In this document: one piece after another, positions 18,232 through 27,393 of the stretch
How positions within the stretch are numbered: the first letter of the stretch is position 1
How the letters are laid out: every line of letters begins with the position of its first letter
NCBI GenBank assembly: GCA_020638855.1
Contig: JACKHT010000002.1
Location: 430,154-494,153, forward strand
From: Planctomycetota bacterium
GTDB lineage: Bacteria; Planctomycetota; UBA1135; GCA-002686595
Direction of reading: 5' to 3'
DNA length: 64,000 bases
Notes under the pieces: model-generated
Seen by the model: only the letters and a program-made list of their open reading frames with translations
What the model was told of the DNA's origin: nothing
Database searches by the model: none
Program-made: the position numbers and the translations under genes

Positions 18232-19121
18232 CAGGAGACGAGCGCGGGGAACGCCCCGTAGCATACGCCCTGCAGGGTAAAGACTTGAACCCGATCCCCA
18301 AACGCATCCATGACAAAGACGCGCGCGGGCTGCAGGCCTTGGCTGGGGGCCAAGGCCAAGGCGCAGGGATCTTCCACTTGACCATCCTCGCGCCCCCCTT
18401 CCGCAATGCACGCGATGCGCCGGCCTTCGTCGTCGAACACCCACACGCTCGACCTTTCCCCGCCAAACCCCACGACCACATGACCATCGGGGGCCACCAC
18501 CATGCAACTGGGTCGAGCACCGGGTCCGGCTTCGTGCAGTGGAATGCTGAAGTGGTAGTCCCCGCCGCGGAAGACCTGAATCCGCGCAGCGGCGGCCTCC
18601 AACACCAAGAGTTCGCGGGTTCCCCGGGCAGCGATGGCGCAAACTTCCTCGAAGCGACCCTCGGGATCTCCCAACGGACGTAGCGACAGGTTGGTACCGC
18701 GAACCGTGTGCAAGACTTGCACCGCATGGCGCCGCCGTCCCCCGGAGGCCACCACCAACACCATGTCTTCGTCCTCGCCCAGGGCCAGGGTCGCCACCGG
18801 GTAGCCCAAGTCGCCGACTTGGTCGCGCCGTTCGGTTGCCGGCTCGAGGCAGACCACCTGGACACCAAACAACGTGTAACCGCGCACGCATCCGGCCGGC
18901 CCGTCGGCGATCCACAGGCGGTGGTCATGGTCGAGCGACAACCCGGTGGCGGCCGAGCGACCGGCCTTGGCATCCTGGAAGCGCACGATGGTCCGGATGG
19001 GGTGCCCATCCAAGTCGAATGCCGTGACGCTGGCGCTCTTGGCATGACGCCCCACGTAGAGCACTCCGCCCGCTTCGCACAATCCACCGTACATGGGACC
19101 ATCGTAGGACGCGGGTCGCAA
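18231..19121 (-). CDS. NHL-repeat / six-bladed beta-propeller protein, 296 aa
   Basis: Repeated blades of the form G.L..P.G.A.D..G..WV.D....R..VF (LWIADGPAGCVRGYTLFG, VFVMDAFGDRVQVFTLQG, VWVFDDEGRRIACI). Confidence 0.5.
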   Translation of the reverse strand: MRPASYDGPMYGGLCEAGGVLYVGRHAKSASVTAFDLDGHPIRTIVRFQDAKAGRSAATGLSLDHDHRLWIADGPAGCVRGYTLFGVQVVCLEPATERRDQVGDLGYPVATLALGEDEDMVLVVASGGRRRHAVQVLHTVRGTNLSLRPLGDPEGRFEEVCAIAARGTRELLVLEAAAARIQVFRGGDYHFSIPLHEAGPGARPSCMVVAPDGHVVVGFGGERSSVWVFDDEGRRIACIAEGGREDGQVEDPCALALAPSQGLQPARVFVMDAFGDRVQVFTLQGVCYGAFPALVS

Positions 19122-19173
19122 CCTGCCGAGCGAACGGCCCGTTTTCCTGATCTTGGACGGCCGGGAGCGGACC

Positions 19174-20076
19174 CTAAGTCGGACCTCGCGGGCGGCTCAT
19201 GCGACTGGTCGGTCGGGAATCGCTCGGGGATGCGGGAACCAACTCCAAGCACACGACTTCCGCCGGGACCCCCACGCGCACGGGAACCCCGACCACGCCT
19301 AGGCCTCGATTCACGTACAACGTGGTGGGTCCCAAGTTCACGCGCAGCCCCGGATGGCTGGGTCCCAGCGCTCGCAGCCCGGGCAAGTCGATTTGTCGAC
19401 CATGGGTATGACCCGCCAGGACCGCCACACACCCGGGTCGAACGAGGGCGGGTGCCCCGAGCGGATGATGGCACAACACCAATTCGAATTCGCCGGCTTC
19501 GAGTTCGGGGCGACACGGGGTAGCAGCCTCGGGCGGAGACTCCTCCAGATCGCTGATCCCGGTGACCCACAGCGGAAGCTCGCCCAACCGCACGCTCTTG
19601 TTTTCCAAACAGGTGATGTTCTGCTCGCGCAAAGCGGCGGCGATGCGCGCCTCTTGGTGCCCGCGGTAGTCGTGGTTGCCAAACACGGCGAAGCCACCTC
19701 GAGGCGGAACCAAGGCACCCAGATCGGGAGCGATCGCAAGCACGTCATCCCAGGCGTGGGTGATGTAGTCGCCGGTCAATACAAGCAAATCGGGCATCTG
19801 GCCTGCGATCCATTGCGCGATCGCCTTCAAGTCTCCCGCTCCCAAGAAGGGTCCCGCGTGCATGTCGGAGAGGTGCAAGATCCGAAAGCCGTGCAGCGCC
19901 CTGGGAAGGCCGGGGACGGGCAGACGCTCTTCGCGCAATTCCCAGCGGCCGGGCCCGAGGTAGCGGCTGCGGTACCAAGCCCTGCCACCCAACCAGCGCG
20001 CTGCATGTCGACACGAGGCAAACACCAAACGACGAACCAGCGAGTGTCGCCGGACGGGTTGCCGCAACGGGTCCAT
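19174..20076 (-). CDS. Calcineurin-like metallophosphoesterase, 300 aa
   Basis: GDYITHAWDD, GNHDY and GHTHGRQ metal-binding motifs. The start at ATG 20076 lies 4 nt after the anti-sigma gene stop. The longer ORF-track start 20235 would overlap the anti-sigma gene. Confidence 0.65.
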   Translation of the reverse strand: MDPLRQPVRRHSLVRRLVFASCRHAARWLGGRAWYRSRYLGPGRWELREERLPVPGLPRALHGFRILHLSDMHAGPFLGAGDLKAIAQWIAGQMPDLLVLTGDYITHAWDDVLAIAPDLGALVPPRGGFAVFGNHDYRGHQEARIAAALREQNITCLENKSVRLGELPLWVTGISDLEESPPEAATPCRPELEAGEFELVLCHHPLGAPALVRPGCVAVLAGHTHGRQIDLPGLRALGPSHPGLRVNLGPTTLYVNRGLGVVGVPVRVGVPAEVVCLELVPASPSDSRPTSRMSRPRGPT

Positions 20077-20080
20077 GGCC

Positions 20081-20863
20081 CTAGCGAGCGTCGGATGCAG
20101 CGAACGTTTGAGCCACACCTGCGACCAGCTGGGTCGAACCTTCGGCGTGCAACCACTCGGCTGTGCCGTCGAGAATCTCGACGGAGAGCCCGGCGGGGGT
20201 TTGCTGGAGGTTCGCCCGGCAGGCCGCTTTGGCAATCAGGACTCCTCCATCGCTGTAACAACGGAAGGGACCTTGCACCGCGACACGGCCTTGGAAGAGT
20301 CGCATGCTCACCGGGTGCATCGATTCCAGGCGCACTTCGGCGCCAGGATCCAAGTCCCACACGGTTTTGCCGCTCTGAACTTGCGCGTGCCCAGCGGGCC
20401 CCACGAACAAGCGCTCGCGCACGCGCATGCGAACCCCTTGGGCACCGGGGGCCAGCTCCTGGCCGCGCAGCCAAACGTCGGCGACCTGGGCTTGGACTTG
20501 AGCGCCACCGGGAGTCATCAGCTTGTGACTCAGGCCCCACATCAACAGGGCAAAGAAGGCGGGGTACACGAGGGTCCGCAGCCGACTGCGCATCCAGTTG
20601 CGCGAGGGCCCCGACTCGAAGACGTCTTGTCGAAGACTATGGCGTCGCAGGGCCTTTTCCTGGGCCAAGCGAGTGATCCGTTTTTCATGCCCGAGCCGGG
20701 CCAAAGTCCCGGCGACCCGTTCGAAGTGCTCGGCGCACCCGGGGCACCCCCCCAAATGCTCGCGCAAGGCGCCCCGCTCCTGGGGCGCCAAACTGGCGCT
20801 GGCGAAGCGCTGCACCAGGGCCTGGGCGGCCAGGCAATCGATTTCCGAAACGAGGGCAGACAT
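20081..20863 (-). CDS. Anti-sigma factor: N-terminal zf-HC2 zinc finger, one TM, periplasmic FecR-like domain
   Basis: REHLGGCPGCAEHFER forms a zf-HC2-type H..C..C motif. The TM segment is LVYPAFFALLMWGLS. The C-terminal domain carries FecR-like beta-strands (VRMRVRERLFVGPAGHAQVQSGKTVWDL). No sigma factor gene is adjacent. Confidence 0.6.
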   Translation of the reverse strand: MSALVSEIDCLAAQALVQRFASASLAPQERGALREHLGGCPGCAEHFERVAGTLARLGHEKRITRLAQEKALRRHSLRQDVFESGPSRNWMRSRLRTLVYPAFFALLMWGLSHKLMTPGGAQVQAQVADVWLRGQELAPGAQGVRMRVRERLFVGPAGHAQVQSGKTVWDLDPGAEVRLESMHPVSMRLFQGRVAVQGPFRCYSDGGVLIAKAACRANLQQTPAGLSVEILDGTAEWLHAEGSTQLVAGVAQTFAASDAR

Positions 20864-20942
20864 GGGACCGGATAGGCCTTCGGCAGGAATGCTGGGTTCC
20901 TGAAGCCGAATCCGCCCGGGAACGGGCCTAGCCCCAACGGGA

Positions 20943-22415
20943 TTAGGCCAGCCGGGCGGCCCCGGCCCGAATCCGGGCCAAGCTCGACGGGGTGCTCAAC
21001 AATTCGATGGTCTCGAACAGGTCCGGCCCCCCACCCATGCCGGTCAAGGCTAGGCGCAAGGGCTGGAACAAATCGGCCAACTTCGCCCCACGATCTTCGA
21101 GCCAGGCCTTGGTGGCACCGGCCATGTCCGCAGCTGTGTGGCCCAAACGCCCCGCTTCGAGCGCTTCGGCAAAGGCGAGCAGGATTTCCGCCCGGCCTTC
21201 GCGTTTGCGCGCCCCCTTCTCCGCCTTCTCGTCGTACACGATGGCGTCATCGGGTTGGAAGAAATGGGCCACCCAAGCCGGGAAGTCGCTGTACAGGCTC
21301 ATGCGATCCTGCACCGAGGCCACCACGCGCAGGAACCAGGGCCGCCGGGCTTCGATCGCTTCGGCGGTCATCAGCTGCGCCTCGATTGCGAAGGGCGCAA
21401 CGTGCTGCGCCAGTTCTTCGACCGTCTCACGCCGCAAGTATTCGCCCGCCATCCAAAGGAATTTGGCCGGATCGAACACCGCCCCAGCCTTCGAAACATC
21501 GCGGATATCGAAGTGCTCGACAAACTTGGCTCGATCGAACACATCGGTCTCACCATCCAAGGACCATCCTTGCAACGCCAGGAAGTTGAAAATGGCCTCT
21601 TTGGGGTATCCCTTGGCCTGGTAGTCGGGCAACGACGTGTCCCCCGTTCGCTTGCTGAGTTTTTTGCGATCGGTGCCCAACATCAGAGGCAAGTGGGCAA
21701 AGGCTGGCTCAGGCTTCCCGCAAGCGGCATACACCAAAAGCTGCTTGGGCGTGTTCACCAAGTGCTCCTCGCCCCGGAAGACGTGGGTGATCTGCATGTC
21801 CAGATCGTCGCACACCACGACGAAGTTGTAGGTCGGAGCTTCGCCTCCGCGGCGAACCATGACCCAGTCGTCGATCTCTTCGTGGGGAATGGTGACCTGA
21901 CCACGGATCAGATCCTCGAAGCGCGTTTCCCCGGCCGGGATACGGAAGCGAGTCGCGAAAGGCTCCCCCGCCTCGGCCCTGCGGCGGGAGACTTCCGGAT
22001 CCAGGTCACGATCGCTACCGCGGTACGCGACGCGTTGCTTGCGTGCCTCCTGTTCGGCCCGCCATGCATCCAAGGCCTCGGGGGTGCTGAAGTCCCGGTA
22101 GGCGTGGCCACTGGCCAGCAGCGCCTGGGCCATTTCCAAGTGCCGCGCCACCCGCTCGCTCTGACGATAGGGCGCGAAGGGTCCCCCCTTGCCGGGCCCC
22201 TCGTCGTAGTCGAGCCCAAGCCAATCCAAGGCGGCCAGGATCGCTTGCTCGGATACCTGGGTGTTGCGGTCGTGGTCGGTGTCTTCGATGCGCAGCACGA
22301 ATTGCCCCCCAAAACGGCGGGCATAGGCCCAGTTGAACAGGGCCGTACGGCAGAGGCCCAAGTGCACGGAACCGGTGGGGCTGGGCGCGATTCGAACGCG
22401 GATGGTTTTCGACAT
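20943..22415 (-). CDS. gltX: Glutamate--tRNA ligase
   Basis: RIAPSPTGSVHLGLCRTALFNWAYAR matches the class I HIGH-region of GluRS ([21 protein letters not shown]). The start is at ATG 22415 (MSKTIRVR) or 22424 (MDAMSK). The ORF-track extension to 22523 was rejected. Confidence 0.85.
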   Translation of the reverse strand: MSKTIRVRIAPSPTGSVHLGLCRTALFNWAYARRFGGQFVLRIEDTDHDRNTQVSEQAILAALDWLGLDYDEGPGKGGPFAPYRQSERVARHLEMAQALLASGHAYRDFSTPEALDAWRAEQEARKQRVAYRGSDRDLDPEVSRRRAEAGEPFATRFRIPAGETRFEDLIRGQVTIPHEEIDDWVMVRRGGEAPTYNFVVVCDDLDMQITHVFRGEEHLVNTPKQLLVYAACGKPEPAFAHLPLMLGTDRKKLSKRTGDTSLPDYQAKGYPKEAIFNFLALQGWSLDGETDVFDRAKFVEHFDIRDVSKAGAVFDPAKFLWMAGEYLRRETVEELAQHVAPFAIEAQLMTAEAIEARRPWFLRVVASVQDRMSLYSDFPAWVAHFFQPDDAIVYDEKAEKGARKREGRAEILLAFAEALEAGRLGHTAADMAGATKAWLEDRGAKLADLFQPLRLALTGMGGGPDLFETIELLSTPSSLARIRAGAARLA

Positions 22416-22641
22416 GGCATCCATGGAGTGGAAGTGGCGGCGGGCAAGAAGATACGGCCTGGGGAGGCTGCATCCACCCTGGAACCCATCATATTCGAGC
22501 AGCGCCGCGCGGCTCGAGGGCACTTCCCCGGCTTTGGACGCGATGGATTGGATTCGTTCGCCTTGGAAGTCGCCACCCGACGAACGGAAGACGAACGGAA
22601 TCGGAGGGGAAATGCCATTCGAGGTTTTCTAGCATGGAGGG

Positions 22642-23754
22642 ATGAGCACCCTTCCTACGAGCCCCGAATGGACCCAAGAACGGATCTTGAGCCTACCCAA
22701 AGTCAGCTTGCACGACCACTTGGACGGCAGCCTGCGCCCGTCCACGGTGCTCGAATTGGCGGCCGAGTGCGGCTACGCCGAACTTCCGGAACAGGATCCC
22801 GTCGCCCTAGGCCAGTGGTTCCACCGCGGGGCGGATCGGGGCAGTCTGCCTTTGTACCTGGAAGGCTTCGCGCACACCATCGCGGTCATGCAAAGCGCTA
22901 GCGCGCTCGAGCGCGTCGCTTTCGAGTATGCCGAAGACATGGCCCGCGATGGGGTCGTGTACTTCGAGGTCCGCTTCGCCCCCCACTTCCACACCCAGGG
23001 AGGCCTCGGACTCGACGCCGTGCTCGAGGCCGTGCTAGCCGGGCTGGCCCGCGGCCGTCGCGAGTATGGCGTCGAATCCGGGGTCATCGTTTGCGCCCTG
23101 CGCAACCAGCCCACCAGCCTCTCGCTCAAACTGGCCGAGCTGGCCGCGTCTTGGATGGACCGGGGCGTGTGTGGCTTCGACTTGGCCGGAGAAGAGGCCG
23201 GGCACCCCGCGAAGGAACACCTCGAAGCCTTCCAATTGATCAAGCGCCGCAATGGATCGATCACGATCCACGCCGGCGAGGGATTCGGTCCGGAGAGTAT
23301 CTGGCAAGCCCTGCAGTTCTGCGGCGCACACCGCATCGGCCACGGGACGCGACTGATCGAGGACATCGCGGTCTTTGGCGGCAAAGTGATCCAAGTGGGC
23401 AGCCTGGCGCGCTACGTGCTCGACCATCGCATCCCGCTCGAAATCTGCCTTTCGTCCAACGTCCACACAGGAGCCTGTGCGAGGATCGAAGACCACCCCT
23501 TCCCCTACTTCTTGAGCCACGGGTACCGGGTCACGCTCAACACCGACAACCGGCTGATGAGCAACACCACGCTCAGCAAGGAGTTCGCCTTGGCGGTCGC
23601 CACCTTCGGGCTCGAACTGAAGGATCTGGAGCGGTTGACCGTCAACGCGATGAACGCGGCCTTCTATCCCTATGCCGAGCGCAAACGGGTGGTCCACGAA
23701 CGGATTCTGCCCGTGTACCAAAAACTGCGAGGCACCAAGAATCGGGAGGCTTGA
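22642..23754 (+). CDS. add: Adenosine/adenine deaminase family protein
   Basis: LPKVSLHDHLDGSL and C-terminal VTLNTDN motifs of the adenosine deaminase metal-dependent hydrolase fold. 370 aa. Confidence 0.8.
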   Translation: MSTLPTSPEWTQERILSLPKVSLHDHLDGSLRPSTVLELAAECGYAELPEQDPVALGQWFHRGADRGSLPLYLEGFAHTIAVMQSASALERVAFEYAEDMARDGVVYFEVRFAPHFHTQGGLGLDAVLEAVLAGLARGRREYGVESGVIVCALRNQPTSLSLKLAELAASWMDRGVCGFDLAGEEAGHPAKEHLEAFQLIKRRNGSITIHAGEGFGPESIWQALQFCGAHRIGHGTRLIEDIAVFGGKVIQVGSLARYVLDHRIPLEICLSSNVHTGACARIEDHPFPYFLSHGYRVTLNTDNRLMSNTTLSKEFALAVATFGLELKDLERLTVNAMNAAFYPYAERKRVVHERILPVYQKLRGTKNREA

Positions 23755-23755
23755 A

Positions 23756-24778
23756 GTGAGGGCGGAATTCGATCGGACGCCGCTGGGCTTGGCCGGGCGG
23801 TTGGAAATGCGCCCCCTGGAAAGCAAGGTATTGGCAGGCAATCCGCTTGGGGATCCGAGTCTGCGCGAAGTCCCGGTCTACTTGCCCCCCCAAGCCAACG
23901 AGCGGCGCTTGCCCGTGGTGTGGCTGCTTTCGGCCTTCACGGGCACGCCCCAAGGCCTATTCGAATCCCATCCTTGGAAGCGCGGAGCCTTGTGGGAATG
24001 GGACCGAACCATGGCTTCGGGCGCGGCATCGCCAGCTATCGTGTGTATGCCCAACACCTTCACCCGGCTGGGCGGTAGCCAGTTCGTGAACTCCTCGGCC
24101 GTGGGCCGCTACCAGGACTATGTCCTCGACGAGTTGATCCCCTTTGTCGAAAGCCACTACCCCGTCCTCGAAGGCGCACGCGGAGTCGTGGGCAAGAGCT
24201 CGGGTGGTTTCGGGGCCCTGCACTTGTGCATGCAAAGACCGGGGACCTTCCAAGCAGCCGCTTCGATCGCGGGAGACTGTCACTTCGAAGCGAGCTTGGG
24301 GAACGACTTGCTCTGTGGCCTACGCGAAATCCAACGCTTGGGGGGCGATCCAAAGACGTTCTTGGAGGCGTTCTTCGTCAAGCCCAACCTCGAAGGCGAC
24401 GGACACGCCGCGCTCAACTTGTTGGCCATGGCGGCTTGCTACTCACCCAACCCCGAGTCTCCCTTGGGGTGGGACCTCCCCGTGGACTTGCACACGGGCG
24501 AGAGGATCGAAGCGGTGTGGGCGCGCTGGAAGGCATTCGATCCGATCGTCGCCTGCCGCCAACACTCCACCGGGCTGCGAGCGCTCCGCCTGCTCTACTT
24601 GGAGGCCGGCACGCGCGACGAATTCCACCTGCAGTTTGGCCTGCGGATCTTTTCGCGGACGCTGACCGAATTGGGGATTGCCCATCAGGTTCACGAATTC
24701 GAAGGGGGACACTTTGGCATGGACCGGCGCTATTCCGAAGTCCTCCCCCTACTCACCCAGGCCCTGGCAGCGATCTAG
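23756..24778 (+). CDS. Putative esterase (esterase D / enterochelin-esterase-like family)
   Basis: VGKSSGGFGALHLCMQRPGTF nucleophile region, compared with the GHSMGGHGAL of esterase D. A GTG start at 23756 follows a strong SD GGGAGG (23744-23749), 2 nt after the add stop. The alternative ATG at 23807 lacks an SD. Confidence 0.6.
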   Translation: MRAEFDRTPLGLAGRLEMRPLESKVLAGNPLGDPSLREVPVYLPPQANERRLPVVWLLSAFTGTPQGLFESHPWKRGALWEWDRTMASGAASPAIVCMPNTFTRLGGSQFVNSSAVGRYQDYVLDELIPFVESHYPVLEGARGVVGKSSGGFGALHLCMQRPGTFQAAASIAGDCHFEASLGNDLLCGLREIQRLGGDPKTFLEAFFVKPNLEGDGHAALNLLAMAACYSPNPESPLGWDLPVDLHTGERIEAVWARWKAFDPIVACRQHSTGLRALRLLYLEAGTRDEFHLQFGLRIFSRTLTELGIAHQVHEFEGGHFGMDRRYSEVLPLLTQALAAI

Positions 24779-24897
24779 GGCTTCCAGGAAAGGACCGGCC
24801 ACCGGGTTGGGGCCAGTCCGTGGATCGAAGCTGGATAGCCGAGGCTCCCCCGCAACTGGGTCCTGCCCCCGGCCCCTATCCGCCGTAGGATAGTGGT

Positions 24898-27393
24898 GTG
24901 ACCCTGCCCCCTTCCCCTGAAGACTCCGCGTGGCCCCAAGTGGGTGACTCGGTGGGACCCTGGCTCCTGATCCGGCCCTACCAGCTCGAGGGATCGGGGG
25001 AAATGTTCGTCGCCCGCCGCGCCGACGGCGCGTTCGATCGGGAAGTCTTGATCACCTTCCTGCGCCCCGATGCGGCCAACCCGTTTGCGCGCCAGGATTT
25101 TGAACGGGAAGTCGAACTCCAAGCCACCCTGGAGCATCCGGGGATCGCCAAGCTCTATGGTGCGGACACGACGGAGGGAGGCATCCCTTACATGGTCACG
25201 GAGTACCTTCCGGGCCAAGACATCGAGGTGTACCTGGACGCCAAGCGTGCCGGACTCCAAGAGCGCATCGAACTCTTCCTCGAACTCTGCCAAGCCGTGC
25301 AGCATGCTCACGAACAAGGCATTGTCGGACTCCACCTGCAAACCAACAACGTACACCTCTTGCCCGATGGAACCATTCGCACGGTGGTCTATGGCCTAGC
25401 ACACTCGAACCCATCCGCAGCGCGCGTCCTGGAACCCATTTGGCCGCAGTACGCCATCGAGTACGCCAGTCCCGAGGAATGGGCCGGTGCGCCGATCACG
25501 GGGGTGGCGGATGTGTACTCGTTGGGTGTGGTACTGCACGTGCTGCTCACGGGCGAGCTGGCCCACGACTTGCAGGGCTTGACTCCGGCCGAAGCGGCGG
25601 CGCAGGTGCATCAGGATTGGTTGGAGCCTGCGTCGGCACGGGTCCGACAGCGTGGGGATGCCACCCGTGCCCGTGCTCGAGGGTTGAACGTCAAACAATG
25701 GGCCCATGCCCTCGACGGCGACCTCGATCGCATCCTGGCCAAGGCCCTGGCGCAAGACTCCAGCCGGCGCTACCAAACGCCCCTCGCACTCGCCGAAGAC
25801 TTGGAGCGGCACCTCCAAGGCAAGCCGATCCGCGCGCGGGGACCCGCACCTTTCTACGCACTCCGAAGAGGGTTTGCGCGCCACCGCAGCGCGGTGCTTG
25901 CATCGGTCGCCGTGCTCGGGACCCTCGGTTGGGCGCTGAGTGCCAGCTATCGAAGCTCGGTCCGCGCCCAGATCGCCCTGGAGGATGCCAGGCGCGCCGA
26001 ATTGGAAGCGGACCACCAAAGCACCCGATTGCGCGAGTTGTGCATCCGCTTCCTGACCGAATTGGGTCCCACCATGCAAGGCCGCTCGGGGCTCGAAGAC
26101 GCCAGGCGCTATCTGTTGAACGTGGGGACCCCCCTGCTCGACCACCTCCAGGAAACCGGCTACGAAGATCCCCACCTGCGCGCGCAGATTGCCCAATCCT
26201 ATTCGCAGCTGGCCGAGGCAGATTGGATCGCCCAAGATGTGGGCAGCTTTGCCCGCACGCCCGACTCGGTTCGCCGGGCGCGGACCTTGACTCGCTCGGT
26301 CTTGCTATCGACCCAGGGACCGGCGACCGACCGCGGGATCATGTCTTGGGTTCGCTCGGTGCGCTGCGCGATTTGGTTTGCGGGTTTGATGCTCGACGAG
26401 CCCGCCGGCATGCAGGCCCTAGCGGAAAGCCAGCAGGAACTCGAGGAGGCGGGCTTGCGTGAATCCGACCTGCCCCCGCTCGCCATGGTGCATTGGCTGG
26501 AGGCGCGGCGGAGCCTGTTCGCCAGCCGCATGCACTACGACGAAGCCATCGACCTGTGGGATCTGCGGCGGATCCGTAGCTTGGCCGGCAGCGACCCGGC
26601 GATGGAGCCCTTCTTCAGGGGCGACTACCCGCGTTTTGAAGCGTATCGGGCCAACCTGTTGCTGCAATCTGGGCGCGAACGTGAGGCGCTCTTCGAACTT
26701 CCCACTTTGGTGTACCAGCTGCGCGAAGAGGCACGCTCCCATGACCCCCCGGTCGCAGACTTGGTGCAATTGGAAGCCAGCACGTGGCTGATGCTGGCCT
26801 TGGCTCGCACGCGGGTGGGACTTCCCCCCGGCGATGCTCTCTTGGAAGCCCGCTCGTCGCTGGAGCTCATCCAGAACTCGTTCACCGAACAACCGGGCTC
26901 GAGCCACGCCCTGGCCGGGGATTGGATTTGGTTGGCCGAGTGTACCTGGCGCATGGGCTCCGAGCACCGCGACGAAGCTCTAATAGCTTGCAATCGTGCC
27001 ATCGACGCCTGGCGAGAATTGCTGCGCAAAGGGGCGCGCTGGCCCGCATACCATGCCTACTTGGCCGAGGCGCTCGAGCTCAAGGGCCGCATCCTGGAAT
27101 CGGCCGATGACCGCACAGGAGCGGAAGCTTGCTGGATCGAGGCACAGAATGTGCTGGAAGGACTGCCGCTTCCCGCTGCGCAACACTCGCAGGTCCTGCT
27201 GCTCGGCAGCCGCGTCCGGATCGAACTGTGGCGCCTGCAAGGCGTGACCGACCCAAGCGCTTGGGCCAGCGTCGACCAAGTTCTCCAAACACTCCGCGAG
27301 CGCGGCGCTTGCGCGCAGCGAATCGAAGAAATCCAGACCTTAGGGAATCAAGCCTGGAAGCAGCGCCCAACCGAGACAGGAGCGGGTCGATGA
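24898..27393 (+). CDS. Predicted pseudokinase (degenerate Ser/Thr kinase domain) with TM segment and C-terminal helical/TPR-like repeat region, 831 aa
   Basis: The fold is a protein kinase but catalytic residues are replaced. The beta3 Lys is lost (EMFVARRADG versus VAIKV), HRDLKPSN becomes GLHLQTNN, and DFG becomes VYGLA, while the APE-like YASPEE is retained. The TM is AVLASVAVLGTLGWALSASY. GTG start at 24898. The stop overlaps the downstream kinase start. Confidence 0.6.
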   Translation: MTLPPSPEDSAWPQVGDSVGPWLLIRPYQLEGSGEMFVARRADGAFDREVLITFLRPDAANPFARQDFEREVELQATLEHPGIAKLYGADTTEGGIPYMVTEYLPGQDIEVYLDAKRAGLQERIELFLELCQAVQHAHEQGIVGLHLQTNNVHLLPDGTIRTVVYGLAHSNPSAARVLEPIWPQYAIEYASPEEWAGAPITGVADVYSLGVVLHVLLTGELAHDLQGLTPAEAAAQVHQDWLEPASARVRQRGDATRARARGLNVKQWAHALDGDLDRILAKALAQDSSRRYQTPLALAEDLERHLQGKPIRARGPAPFYALRRGFARHRSAVLASVAVLGTLGWALSASYRSSVRAQIALEDARRAELEADHQSTRLRELCIRFLTELGPTMQGRSGLEDARRYLLNVGTPLLDHLQETGYEDPHLRAQIAQSYSQLAEADWIAQDVGSFARTPDSVRRARTLTRSVLLSTQGPATDRGIMSWVRSVRCAIWFAGLMLDEPAGMQALAESQQELEEAGLRESDLPPLAMVHWLEARRSLFASRMHYDEAIDLWDLRRIRSLAGSDPAMEPFFRGDYPRFEAYRANLLLQSGREREALFELPTLVYQLREEARSHDPPVADLVQLEASTWLMLALARTRVGLPPGDALLEARSSLELIQNSFTEQPGSSHALAGDWIWLAECTWRMGSEHRDEALIACNRAIDAWRELLRKGARWPAYHAYLAEALELKGRILESADDRTGAEACWIEAQNVLEGLPLPAAQHSQVLLLGSRVRIELWRLQGVTDPSAWASVDQVLQTLRERGACAQRIEEIQTLGNQAWKQRPTETGAGR

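Noticed and set aside
15730-18915. Full 1061-aa version of the CarboxypepD_reg protein, and similar long N-terminal extensions of the esterase (to 15899), metallophosphoesterase (to 20235), gltX (to 22523), ECF sigma (to 30841), queF (to 35031), zf-TFIIB protein (to 45543), SSS transporter (to 47284), M28 peptidase (to 53346) and kinase (to 63312)
   Set aside because: The extensions are Arg/Pro/Gly-rich and overlap upstream genes. Internal ATGs coincide with ATGA stop/start overlaps or with signal peptides, giving family-typical N-termini.
17981-19570. 529-aa minus-strand ORF overlapping the NHL and CarboxypepD_reg genes
   Set aside because: It is a different frame of the same strand region. 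The sequence is dominated by R/P/G/S runs with no domain-like segments, whereas the competing frames give beta-propeller and CarboxypepD_reg motifs.
13018-20863. Genomic island integrated at tRNA-Met
   Set aside because: There is no integrase, recombinase or flanking direct-repeat copy of the tRNA 3' end. The repeat element lies on the core (glnN) side. The accessory-looking genes share the GC content and codon usage of the rest of the window.
21138-22901. 587-aa plus-strand ORF antisense to gltX
   Set aside because: gltX motifs on the minus strand are unambiguous; the plus frame is low-complexity.
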